DNA from: an uncultured delta proteobacterium
GTDB lineage: Bacteria > Myxococcota_A > Polyangia > Polyangiales > Polyangiaceae
Direction: 5' to 3'
DNA length: 64,000 bases
Assembly: GCA_963841435.1 (NCBI GenBank)
Contig: CAWJCS010000005.1
Coordinates: 960,001-1,024,000, forward strand
Every line of letters starts with the position of its first letter. Position 1 is the stretch's first letter. The notes beneath the pieces are model-generated. The model had not been told where the DNA came from and did not search any database. It saw only the letters and a list, made by a program, of their open reading frames with translations. The translations under genes and the position numbers were made by a program. Positions 1-9,209 of this stretch are shown here, piece after piece.

Positions 1-597
1 CAGCAGCTCCAGCGCATGCCGGAGCGTCTGGTTTCGCGCTTCGGCTCCGGGCTCGTGGCCGACATCCAGGTGCCGCAGCTCGAGACCCGCGTCGCCATCG
101 TGCGCAAGAAGGCGGCCCTCGAGGACATCGTGCTTTCCGACGAGGTCGCCGTGCTGCTCGCCCAGGGCGTCGCAAGCAACGTTCGGGAGCTCGAGGGCGC
201 GCTCATCCGCCTCGCGGCCAAGGCGTCGCTCACGGGGCGCCCCATCGACGAGGATTTCGTGCGCGCCGAGATGGCGCTCGTGTTGCCGCGCCGTCCCGAG
301 ATGATGAGCGTCGAGGACATCCAGCGCGCGGTGTGCAGCCACTTTCGCCTCTCGAACTCGGAATTGTTGAGCAAGGATCGCCACAAGAGCGTCGCCTTCG
401 CGCGCCAGGTCGCGATGTACGTCTGCCGTCAGCGCCTGAAGTCGAGCTTCCCCGAGCTCGGCCGCGCCTTCGGCAACCGCGACCACACCACGGTGATGAG
501 CGCCGTGCGCCGCGTCGAAACCCTGCGCCAGCGCGACCCGCAGGTGAACGCGCACCTCGAAGCGATCGAGCAGAAACTCGCGTCCTCCGAGGAGTGA
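1..597 (+). CDS. dnaA: Chromosomal replication initiator DnaA, C-terminal part (5' end outside window)
   Basis: Frame is open from base 1; AAA+ C-terminal motifs RLVSRF..GL.ADI and SNVRELEGAL; domain IV signature SFPELGRAFGNRDHTTVM. Confidence 0.95.
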   Translation, partial: QQLQRMPERLVSRFGSGLVADIQVPQLETRVAIVRKKAALEDIVLSDEVAVLLAQGVASNVRELEGALIRLAAKASLTGRPIDEDFVRAEMALVLPRRPEMMSVEDIQRAVCSHFRLSNSELLSKDRHKSVAFARQVAMYVCRQRLKSSFPELGRAFGNRDHTTVMSAVRRVETLRQRDPQVNAHLEAIEQKLASSEE

Positions 598-639
598 AGC
601 GAGCCCGCGCGGCGCGGGGCCCGCCGCCCCGGGGCGCCC

Positions 640-2469
640 TCAGCCGCCCGTGCCGTACATGGATTCGGCGAGCTCGAACGTCGCGGACTCGAGCCGGCTG
701 TAGGCCTCGCGCAGGGCATCGAGCGGCGCGCTGCTCTTCAAGAGCTCCTTGAGCGCCGCGGCTTCCTGGCGCACGCCGTCGAGCTTGTCGGCGTCGATCA
801 GATCGGCGTAGCCGTCGAGCGCCTGCTCCGTCGTGTAGACGAGCGTCTCGGCCTGGTTGCGCATTTCGGCGAGGTCGCGGCGGAGTTGATCCGACTCCTT
901 GTAGCGCTCGCCCTCGTGGATGAGCGCGTCGATCTCGTCGGGCGCGAGCCCGCTCGTGGCCTTGACGCTCACCGATTGCGTCCGGCCCGTGCCGAGGTCC
1001 TTCGCCTCGACGGCTAGGATGCCGTTGGCGTCGACGCGGAAGGTGACCTGGATCTTCGGGACGCCGCGCGGCGCGGGCGGGATGCCCGTGAGCTCGAACT
1101 GCGCGAGGCTGCGGTTGTCGCCCGCCATCTCGCGCTCGCCCTGCAGCACGTGCACGGGAACGAACGACTGGTTGTCGAGGCTCGTCGTGAAGATCTCGCT
1201 GCGCTCGGTGGGGACGGTGGTGTTGCGCGGGATGAGCCGCGTGAAGACGCCGCCGCCCGTTTCGACGCCGATCGAGAGCGGTGTCACGTCGAGCAGGAGA
1301 ACCTCCTCGATTTGCCCGCCGAGCGCGGCGCCCTGGAGCGCCGCGCCGACCGCAACGACCTCGTCGGGGTTCACGCCCTTGTGCGGCTCGCGCTCGAAGA
1401 ATTCCTTCACGGCGCGCTGCACGGCGGGCATGCGCGTCATCCCACCGACGAGCACGACCTGCCCCACTTCCTTGACGGTGAGCTTCGCGTCGGCGAGCAC
1501 GCTCTGGCACGCCTGAATCGTGCGCGCGACGAGCGACGCCGTGATGATCTCGAGCTCGCTGCGCTTGAGCGTCCGCTCGAGATGGAGCGGCCCCGAAGGT
1601 CCCGTCGCGACGAAGGGAATATTGATGCTCGTCTCGAGCGACGACGAAAGCTCGTGCTTGGCCTTCTCGGCAGCTTCCTTGAGACGCTGCAGCGCGACGC
1701 GATCCTTGCGCAGATCGGGGCCGTGTGCCGCCGCGAACTCCTCGCAGAGCTTGTTCATCACGTGCTGGTCGAAGTCCTCGCCGCCGAGGTGCGTATCGCC
1801 GCCCGTCGCCTTCACGCTGAAGACGCCGCCCGCGAGCTGGAGGATCGAGATATCGAAGGTGCCTCCGCCGAGATCGTACACGGCGATCACCTCGTGCTGC
1901 TGCTTGTCGAGGCCGTAGGCGAGCGCCGCCGCCGTGGGCTCGTTGAGGATGCGCTTCACGTCGAGCCCGGCGATGCGACCCGCATCTTTCGTGGCCTGGC
2001 GCTGAGCGTCGTCGAAATACGCGGGGACGGTGACGACCGCTTCGCTGACGGGCTCGCCGAGGTACGTCTCGGCGATCTGGCGCATGGTCGTGAGCACGTA
2101 GCTCGACACTTCGGGTGGAGAGAGCTTCTTGCCCTGGACCTCCACCCACGCGTCACCGTTGTCGTGCGCGACGACGGTATACGGCACGGACGACGCCTGG
2201 TGCTGCGCCGCCGGCGACTCGAACCGCTGGCCCATGAGGCGCTTCACCGCATAGACCGTGTTGGTCGGATTGGTCGTCGCCTGCCGGCGCGCCACCTGCC
2301 CAACGAGCCGCTCGCCGCTCGCCGTGAAGCCGATCACGGACGCGGTCGTACGCGCGCCCTCGGCGTTGGGGATGACCTTAACCTCGGGCAGCCCGCTGGC
2401 GCTCACGCCTTCGACGACCGCCACGCAGGAGTTCGTCGTTCCTAGATCGATTCCGACAATCTTCCCCAT
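640..2469 (-). CDS. dnaK: Hsp70 chaperone DnaK
   Basis: GIDLGTTNS, TVPAYF, NEPTAAALAYG, YDLGGGTFD, GGEDFD and LLLDVTPLS motifs; lies downstream of grpE. Confidence 0.97.
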   Translation of the reverse strand: MGKIVGIDLGTTNSCVAVVEGVSASGLPEVKVIPNAEGARTTASVIGFTASGERLVGQVARRQATTNPTNTVYAVKRLMGQRFESPAAQHQASSVPYTVVAHDNGDAWVEVQGKKLSPPEVSSYVLTTMRQIAETYLGEPVSEAVVTVPAYFDDAQRQATKDAGRIAGLDVKRILNEPTAAALAYGLDKQQHEVIAVYDLGGGTFDISILQLAGGVFSVKATGGDTHLGGEDFDQHVMNKLCEEFAAAHGPDLRKDRVALQRLKEAAEKAKHELSSSLETSINIPFVATGPSGPLHLERTLKRSELEIITASLVARTIQACQSVLADAKLTVKEVGQVVLVGGMTRMPAVQRAVKEFFEREPHKGVNPDEVVAVGAALQGAALGGQIEEVLLLDVTPLSIGVETGGGVFTRLIPRNTTVPTERSEIFTTSLDNQSFVPVHVLQGEREMAGDNRSLAQFELTGIPPAPRGVPKIQVTFRVDANGILAVEAKDLGTGRTQSVSVKATSGLAPDEIDALIHEGERYKESDQLRRDLAEMRNQAETLVYTTEQALDGYADLIDADKLDGVRQEAAALKELLKSSAPLDALREAYSRLESATFELAESMYGTGG

Positions 2470-2548
2470 GTGCGCTTCTGGCGGGCCGGCCCACCGAGGG
2501 GGACCGTCCCGCTAGCCTAGGCTGAATCCTCCGTGGGTGCGAGCCTCG

Positions 2549-3094
2549 TCAGCTCGCTTGGGCCTTGGCGACCACCACCATGGCAGGTCTGAGTACGCGG
2601 TCGCTCGTGCGGTAGCCCGCTTGAAGCTCCATGGCGACCGACCCGGGCGGATAGTCCGACGTCTCCATGTGCTGCACGGCCTCGTGCACGGCGGGGTCGA
2701 ACGGGAGTCCGAGCGCCGGGATGCGCTCGATGCCGATCTTCGAGAGCGTGTCGAGAAACTGGCGGGTCACCATGGAGATCCCGTCGGCGAGCGCTTTCGC
2801 GTCGGTGGTCGTTTCGGCGTGGGCGGTCGCACGCTCCAGATTGTCGAAGACCGGCAGGAGCTCGCGCAGCACGTCCTCTCGCGCGAGCTTGGCGGTATCG
2901 CCGATCTCGCGTCGCGACCGCTTCTTGAAGTTGTCGAAGTCCGCCGCAAGCCTGAGGAGCTGGTCCTTGAGGCGCGCCGCTTCGGCTTGCGCCAACTCGG
3001 CGGGATCGAGCGGCGGCGTGTCGGGCGCCGGGTCGTCGAGGGTTTCGTCTGAGCCGTTCGGCACGGCTTCTCGGGGTGCGGTATCGTCGCCCAT
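2549..3094 (-). CDS. grpE: Nucleotide exchange factor GrpE
   Basis: LRLAADFDNFKKR, LLPVFDNLERA, FDPAVHEAV and GY...RVLRPAMVVV motifs. Confidence 0.96.
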   Translation of the reverse strand: MGDDTAPREAVPNGSDETLDDPAPDTPPLDPAELAQAEAARLKDQLLRLAADFDNFKKRSRREIGDTAKLAREDVLRELLPVFDNLERATAHAETTTDAKALADGISMVTRQFLDTLSKIGIERIPALGLPFDPAVHEAVQHMETSDYPPGSVAMELQAGYRTSDRVLRPAMVVVAKAQAS

Positions 3095-3105
3095 GGGATT
3101 TCGGC

Positions 3106-3133
3106 AGTATAATCACCCGTTTCGGCTTGCCAA
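3106..3133 (-). promoter_or_regulatory. Putative sigma70-type promoter for grpE-dnaK
   Basis: Minus strand TTGGCA (3133-3128), 16 nt spacer, TATACT (3111-3106), 11 nt before the grpE ATG; overlaps a plus-strand TATAAT at 3108-3113. Confidence 0.5.
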
Positions 3134-3173
3134 CGGGCCATGCTGCGTGGGATTTTCGGGCCGAGTTCGTTCC

Positions 3174-3771
3174 GTGCAATACCGTGACGTTACGCTGCCC
3201 GGGCAGCTCCGACGCGCCCGAAAACTCTGGGTTTCGCTGGCGGGGCTGCTCTTCGTCGTGCTCGCGCACGGCCGTGCCTCCGCGCTCGAGACGCCGTTCA
3301 CCTCGGGCCGCACCCAAATCGTCGGCGGCCTGCGCTTCGGGTCCGACAACCTGAACTTCGGCATCGGCGCACGCGGCGGCTACACCCTGCCCCAGAACGT
3401 CTACATCGGGGGCATGTTCGATTACTTCTTCGGCGAGAGCAACGAGTTGAACAATCGCGGGCGTCCGTTCGGAATGGTCGTACAGCGCTTGGGTGCTCGC
3501 TGCCGAAGGTGGCTACGATTTCGCGATCACGAAAGAGCTCATGGTGCGGCCGTTCGGCGGCCTCGGCGTCGTGAGCTACGACACGGATTCGTGCACGAGG
3601 GGCCCGAACATCAACGTCTGCAGCGACGGCGGCGCCTCGGACGTGGCCCTTTTGCTCGGCGGCCTCATGAACTTCACCGCGGGACCGCTCATCATGGGGC
3701 CGGAGCTGCGCCTCCTCGTGTTCAACGACACGGCGTTCGTGCTCGGCGCGCACATCGGCGGCATCTTCTGA
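3174..3771 (+). CDS. Outer-membrane beta-barrel protein (OmpA/porin-like), apparent 1-nt frameshift near 3454
   Basis: Signal peptide (LWVSLAGLLFVVLAHGRASA), then amphipathic strands (FGIGARGGY, VYIGGMFDYFF); continues in the 3493-3771 frame (SEWSYSAWVLAAEGGYDF...HIGGIF) ending in Phe; removing one A from AACAATCGCG restores one ORF; start uncertain. Confidence 0.7.
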
Positions 3772-3797
3772 CGGAGCGCCACGAGTGCGCCCCCGGG

Positions 3798-5042
3798 TCA
3801 GGGGCTGTCGAGATTCGTCATCGTCGGCGTGAAGGGCCGCACGTCAACGGTGGGTGCGCTGTCGGGAATCATCCAGATGCCGGGCACGAGACCGCCGAGG
3901 CCGATGGGCAGCGTGATGAGGCCCGCGACGCACATGTTGCTCGAGCCGCCGCTTCGACACCCGGCCGCCGTGAGCGCGGTGCCGGTCGCGACGGCGATGC
4001 CCGCGAAGGTCGTGATGAGGATGCCACCCACGAACTCGCCCGTGTTCCGCGGCTGGGCGCGGACCGCGAGGTGGTCGCTCTCGGTGTGCTCGCGTAGATC
4101 CGGTACCTCGATGTAGCTATTGCGCTGGAAAATGCCGGGGTCGTTCTTGAACGCGAACGGCATGGCCGGGTCAACCCACTTTTCGCACGGTGGGCGGCAC
4201 AGCGTGCGATCGCCCACGCTCACCTCCCACGGCACGTTGGGCTCGACCGGCAGGAAGCGCACCTTGACCATGCCGGGCGGCCCGCGGTCGGCGACCGTCG
4301 CCGGCAGCGGCTGCAAGAACACCTGGACCGGGGACGAGCACTCCGGGTGCGCCGCCGCATCGGTGCTTTCCTCGCAGTGCGCGGGAACGCCGGCCTCACG
4401 CAGGAGCGACTCTTCGCTCTCGTGCGAGCCGGAGGCGCTACCCATCGCGTTCACCTTGGCGTTGCCGCTCGCCGAGAAGGTACCACCCGAACGCAACTTG
4501 AAGGCGCCCACCGACAGCGCACCCACGACGTGCGTTGCGCCCCGACAGCTCGCGTCGGTGCCAACGTAGCGAGGCTCGAAATCCACGAGCTGCATCTGAC
4601 CGGACACCGTGGTCTGCACGGCGAGCCGCCCGGTGCGCTCGAGCTCGCCCTCGAGGGACACCGCGCCGAGCGGGAGCTTCGCGTAGAGATCGTCGGCATT
4701 GCGGATCTCGACGACGTCGGTCAACGTCGTCGTGCGGCGCCATTGATAGTTACCGCGCGCGCGGCACTGAGGAAGCAGGTGCATCTCGCAACCCGAGTAC
4801 GACACGACCACCGTGCCCGTCCTCAGCTGCACCTCGAGATTCGCCTTTTCGGAAGCCGGCCACTCCGTGACGAGCGGGCTTTCGTGGCTCGCTGCGACCC
4901 TGCATTTGGCTTGTCCCGTCGCGAGCTCCGGCATGCTCGCCGTGCTCGTTCCGGTGCGCGCCGGCATCAGATCGAGTGGGGAGCAGCCGAGCTTTAGGCT
5001 GGCGAGAAGGCACGTGAAGATCGATAGTCGCCCCGAACGCAC
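3798..5042 (-). CDS. Uncharacterised myxobacterial lipoprotein with two C-terminal hydrophobic helices
   Basis: N-terminal signal with LGC lipobox, several Cys, C-terminal Gly/Ala-rich hydrophobic segments. Confidence 0.75.
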   Translation of the reverse strand: MRSGRLSIFTCLLASLKLGCSPLDLMPARTGTSTASMPELATGQAKCRVAASHESPLVTEWPASEKANLEVQLRTGTVVVSYSGCEMHLLPQCRARGNYQWRRTTTLTDVVEIRNADDLYAKLPLGAVSLEGELERTGRLAVQTTVSGQMQLVDFEPRYVGTDASCRGATHVVGALSVGAFKLRSGGTFSASGNAKVNAMGSASGSHESEESLLREAGVPAHCEESTDAAAHPECSSPVQVFLQPLPATVADRGPPGMVKVRFLPVEPNVPWEVSVGDRTLCRPPCEKWVDPAMPFAFKNDPGIFQRNSYIEVPDLREHTESDHLAVRAQPRNTGEFVGGILITTFAGIAVATGTALTAAGCRSGGSSNMCVAGLITLPIGLGGLVPGIWMIPDSAPTVDVRPFTPTMTNLDSP

Positions 5043-5050
5043 GATACCCC

Positions 5051-5614
5051 ATGCTAACCGGAACCCGCGCTTTCGCGATCACTCGATCGACACTGGCGGC
5101 GCTCTTCGCGCTCGGGTGTGGCGGAGGCGTGGCGGCGACGCCGCCCGCGAGCGCAGAGAGCCCCCTACTTGGTCGTACAGTTCCCGACCTTCGTCGCGTG
5201 GCGCTGGATGGCTCGCCCGTCGATCTCGTCGCACTGCGCGGGCGCGTCGTCGTCATCGAGTTCTTCGCGGAGCACTGCGTGCCCTGCGCCGTGGCGCTGC
5301 CCGCCGCGGAAGGCGCACATCGAGAGAGGCCGGAGGCATTTTTCCTCGGGGTCTCCGAAGACGACGACGCGAGCGGCGCCGCGCGGATGGTCGCGCGCCA
5401 CGGCGTTTCGTTTCCGGTGGTTCACGACGCGGGCAACGCCGTCGCGGGTCGGCTGCGAGTCAGCGAGCTGCCGGCGACGATCGTGGTCGACCGCGAGGGA
5501 AACGTGCGCTGGGTGAGCGGCAACGCCGCGAGGCAGAGCGAGCTCGTGACGGTGATCGATACCGCGGCGGCGGGAAGGCTCAATTCTCACACGGCCCCTG
5601 GCGCAGGACCGTGA
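5051..5614 (+). CDS. TlpA/ResA-family thiol-disulfide oxidoreductase lipoprotein
   Basis: Lipobox ALGC; LRGRVVVIEFFAEHCVPC (CxxC); LPATIVVDREG motif. Confidence 0.88.
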   Translation: MLTGTRAFAITRSTLAALFALGCGGGVAATPPASAESPLLGRTVPDLRRVALDGSPVDLVALRGRVVVIEFFAEHCVPCAVALPAAEGAHRERPEAFFLGVSEDDDASGAARMVARHGVSFPVVHDAGNAVAGRLRVSELPATIVVDREGNVRWVSGNAARQSELVTVIDTAAAGRLNSHTAPGAGP

Positions 5615-6588
5615 CGGCGCCGCCCGTGAGCCGCGCTTCGGATTTGGTGGCCTCGGGCGCCGGGAGGAACCAGCCGCCGAGGTTTTGCGGCAGCGCCCAG
5701 AAGTAGGGGGGCCCCTCGAGCGGCTCGCGCGCGACCTCGGTCACGGCGTCACGCCCGTACTCGCGGGTTTCGAGCCAGAAGCAGTGCCCGGCGCTCGCGG
5801 GCGCGAACAGGTGCGGCCGGCCCGCGCGCACCTCGACGCGTTCGCGCTCGATTTCTCGCCCCTCGGGATCCCGCGCCACGAGCGTATGCAGGCCCGCCGG
5901 CACGCTGAGCTCGCCGCCCGCCGCCGGGCTCTCGACGCTCGTCGGCTCGACCAAGAGCACGCGCTCACCGTCGAGCTCGATGCCGAGCGTCTCGCCCGTG
6001 ACGTTGACGACGCGCACGAGCGGCGCGACCTCGCCCTGAACGAGGAGCGGCAGGAGCGGACACACGAGAAGCCCGGGCAGGAGCGCGAGCGACAGGCGGC
6101 GTTCGCGGAACGTCACGCGTCGTTTCTCGACGCCGTTCAGCTTGGCAAGCTCGGCGGCGTAGCAATCGTTCGCGCACGAGAGCTCCCTCTCGCTCAGAAA
6201 CCGCACGGCGGGGCCGACGGCCGTGTGGCCGCGCGCGGGCACGCGGGGCAACAGCGCGACGACGAGCACCGGCAGGAGCGCCGCGAGCGCCGCTGAGCCG
6301 GCGGCGAGCGCAAAGGGCGGCGGCGGGGCGGCGAGCGGCAGCGAGAGTCCGACGGCGGCGCCGAAAAGCAGCGACGCCACGGTCCCGGCAATCCGCCGCG
6401 TGCGCTCGACGCCGAGGTGGCTCGCGCAATCGTCGCAATAGCCGACGACGAGCTCCGCGCCGCCCGGCCCCCGCGTCAGAATCGGAGAGCGTGGCGGGCT
6501 CCCCGCAGCAAGCGCAGCTCGAGGGGACGAGCGGCGCCGCTTTCGGCAGGCGCACCACGGCCCCAGCTCGTCGCGCGCGGGAGGACAT
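5580..6588 (-). CDS. Membrane protein with N-terminal zinc-ribbon-like CxxC...CxxC region, apparent 1-nt frameshift near 6484
   Basis: CACCGEPATLS in one frame joins ILTRGPGGAELVVGYCDDC in the frame of ORF 5580-6380 if one base is removed; followed by hydrophobic helices and a PEGA-like beta region. Confidence 0.6.
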
Positions 6589-6682
6589 CACGGAGCCCGA
6601 TACTAACCCGCGCGGCGGCGCCGCGGCGGCACGCTCGCCGATGGTTGCGCGGTTCGCGCGGGCGGCGTACTAGCGGCTGCTC

Positions 6683-8893
6683 GTGCCGGAGCTGAACGAG
6701 CCGCAACAACGGGCCGTGGTCCACGGTGAGGGACCGCTCCTGGTCTTCGCCGGAGCCGGCAGCGGGAAGACGCGAGCGATCACCTACCGCATCGCCAACC
6801 TGCTCGCGACGCACGGCGTGCCGCCGTTTCGCATCCTGGGCGTGACCTTCACGAACAAGGCGGCCGGCGAGATGCGCGAGCGCCTCACGGGGCTCGCGGG
6901 CGCCGAGGTCGTGCGCGACCTCTGGCTCGGCACCTTCCATTCGGTGTGCGCTCGCCTGCTGCGCCGCTACCACGAGAGCGCAGGGCTCGGGCGCGACTTC
7001 GTGATTTACGACGACTCGGATCAGAAGGCCGTGATGACGCGCGTGCTCCGCGATCTCGGCTACGACGACGACGCGCTGCCGCCCAAGCTCGTGCTGTCGC
7101 TCGTGAGCCGCGAGAAGCGCGAGGGGCGCGGGCCGGACCACCGCGAGAGCCAGGTCACCGATTCGGTGCGCCAGGCGTTCCGCGGCTACCAGCTGGCGCT
7201 TTCGCGGTCGAACGCCGTCGATTTCGACGATCTGTTGCTGTTCGTGCTGCGCGTGGCGGAAGACGAAACGAGCGTCGCCGGCGAGGAGCTCCGCGGCCGC
7301 TTCTCCTACGTGCTCGTCGACGAGTTCCAGGACACGAACCTCGTGCAGTATCGCATCGTGCGAGCGCTTTCCTCGCGCACGCGGAATCTCTGCGTCGTCG
7401 GCGACGACGATCAGTCGATTTACCGCTGGCGCGGCGCCGACGTGCGACTCATCCGGAGCTTCCAGCAGGACTTCCCCGACGCGACGGTCGTCAAGCTCGA
7501 GCAGAACTACCGCTCGAGCGCCAACATCGTGCGTGCCGCGCTCGGCGTGATCGAAAAGGCCGCCCAGCGCGTCCCCAAGAAGCTGTGGACGGCGGCGGAC
7601 GCGGGCAACCTCGTCGTCGTGCGCGCGGTTCGCGACGAGCGCGAGGAAGCTCAGGCCGTCGTGAGCGGCATCAAGAAGCTCACGGCGAACGGCGTGTCGG
7701 CCGACCAGGTCGCCGTCTTCTACCGTGTCCACGCGCAATCGCGCGCGCTGGAAGAGGCCTTGCGCGCCCACAATCTGCCCTACCAGATCATCGGAGGCCT
7801 GCGCTTCTTCGAGCGGGCCGAGGTGAAAAACCTCATCGCTTACCTCAGGCTCGTCACGAACCCGAGGAGCGACGCCGACCTCGAGCGCATCATCAACGTG
7901 CCGGCGCGTGGCCTCGGCGACAAGACCGTCGAGCGGCTCAAGGACCTCGCGGCCGAGCGCACCCTCAGTCTCTACGAGGCCGTGGCCATGGCCCTTCGCG
8001 GCTCGGATCTGCCGACGGCGGCGAAGAAGAAGCTCGACGCGTTCCGCTCGCTCATGGAGGACCTGAGGCGGCAAGCAGCCGACCTTTCGCCGAGCGAGCT
8101 CGCCGAGCTCGTGCTCGAACGTTCGGGTTACAAGAAGATGCTCGTCGATGCCGACGACGCCGAAAGCGACGCGCGTCTCGGCAACCTCGAGGAGGTCGTG
8201 GGCGCCATCGCCGACTACGAGGAGGACGCTGCAGAGCAGGGGGAGGAGCCGTCGCTCGTCGGCTGGCTCGAGCGCATCACGCTCGCCGCGGCGGCCGACG
8301 CCCTCGAGGACGCGCCCAAGGTTTCATTGATGACGGTGCACACCGCCAAGGGGCTCGAGTTCCGCGGCGTGTTCATCACGGGGATGGAGGAGGAGATCTT
8401 TCCCTACCGGGGCGTGAGCGGTCGGGAGCCCGAGGAGCTCGACGAGGAGCGGCGGCTCGCGTACGTCGCCATCACGCGCGCGCGGGAGCACCTCACGATC
8501 ACGCACGCGGGCATGCGCTCGCTGTTCGGCACGACGCGCTACCTCGAGCCGAGCCGCTTCCTCGCCGACATGCCACCGGACGTCGTGCGGCTCGAGGGCA
8601 GCGTCGCCGAGCTCCGGAGCTCGGGGCCTTCGGGGTACGGCTCGTACCGGGCGCCCACCCTGGCGCCCGGTACGCGCATCGTCGAGCGGGACGAGGCGCC
8701 GCCGGACGACGACGACGAGGGCTTGCGGCCGGGCGATCGCGTGCGGCACCAGCGCTACGGAACCGGGGTCGTCGAGCGGGTCGAGCAGGGTTCGGCGCCC
8801 ACGGTGGTCGCCCGGTTCGGCATCCACGGGTCGCGGCGGATCCTGGCCTCGTATCTCACGCTGGATCGCCGCGCCCGTCGCGACGTATGGTGA
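6683..8893 (+). CDS. uvrD: ATP-dependent DNA helicase UvrD/PcrA
   Basis: AGAGSGKT Walker A, VDEFQDTN, VGDDDQSIY, LEQNYRS, TVHTAKGLEF, EERRLAYVAITRA; C-terminal Tudor-like GDRVRH..YG.G. Confidence 0.95.
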   Translation: MPELNEPQQRAVVHGEGPLLVFAGAGSGKTRAITYRIANLLATHGVPPFRILGVTFTNKAAGEMRERLTGLAGAEVVRDLWLGTFHSVCARLLRRYHESAGLGRDFVIYDDSDQKAVMTRVLRDLGYDDDALPPKLVLSLVSREKREGRGPDHRESQVTDSVRQAFRGYQLALSRSNAVDFDDLLLFVLRVAEDETSVAGEELRGRFSYVLVDEFQDTNLVQYRIVRALSSRTRNLCVVGDDDQSIYRWRGADVRLIRSFQQDFPDATVVKLEQNYRSSANIVRAALGVIEKAAQRVPKKLWTAADAGNLVVVRAVRDEREEAQAVVSGIKKLTANGVSADQVAVFYRVHAQSRALEEALRAHNLPYQIIGGLRFFERAEVKNLIAYLRLVTNPRSDADLERIINVPARGLGDKTVERLKDLAAERTLSLYEAVAMALRGSDLPTAAKKKLDAFRSLMEDLRRQAADLSPSELAELVLERSGYKKMLVDADDAESDARLGNLEEVVGAIADYEEDAAEQGEEPSLVGWLERITLAAAADALEDAPKVSLMTVHTAKGLEFRGVFITGMEEEIFPYRGVSGREPEELDEERRLAYVAITRAREHLTITHAGMRSLFGTTRYLEPSRFLADMPPDVVRLEGSVAELRSSGPSGYGSYRAPTLAPGTRIVERDEAPPDDDDEGLRPGDRVRHQRYGTGVVERVEQGSAPTVVARFGIHGSRRILASYLTLDRRARRDVW

Positions 8894-8897
8894 GGTC

Positions 8898-9209
8898 GTG
8901 AACAAACGCCTCGCCTTCCTCGAGCAGGCCACGAGCTCGGGCAGCGCGGACTCGTTCGCGTGGTACGCGCTCGCCCTCGAGTACCGGAGGGAGGGGCGTG
9001 TCGATGACGCGCTCGGGGCCTTCCGGTCGCTCCGGGAACGCGACCCGGCGTACCTTGCGCAGTACCTGATGGCGGGCCAGATGCTCGTCGAAGCGGGACG
9101 CGGCGGCGAGGCGCGCGAATGGCTCGAGGCCGGCATGGTGCATGCCCGAGCGCGCAGCGACACAAAGACGCTGGGGGAGCTCGAAGCCGCCTTGTCCGAA
9201 GCAGAATGA
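8898..9209 (+). CDS. Small TPR-repeat protein
   Basis: TPR-like helices (FAWYALALEY..., YLAQYLMAGQML); coupled between uvrD and the channel gene. Confidence 0.8.
   Translation: MNKRLAFLEQATSSGSADSFAWYALALEYRREGRVDDALGAFRSLRERDPAYLAQYLMAGQMLVEAGRGGEAREWLEAGMVHARARSDTKTLGELEAALSEAE

Noticed and set aside
230-2149. Long alternative-frame and antisense ORFs (for example 230-2149, 6946-8901, 13606-16188, 31750-34431, 34406-36670, 56258-59305)
   Set aside because: Shadows of real genes in high-GC DNA where stops are rare; Arg/Ala/Gly-rich or antisense translations with no motifs
3095-3140. CIRCE (HrcA) element upstream of grpE-dnaK
   Set aside because: Only a TTGGCA half resembles it; spacing and right arm do not fit TTAGCACTC-N9-GAGTGCTAA
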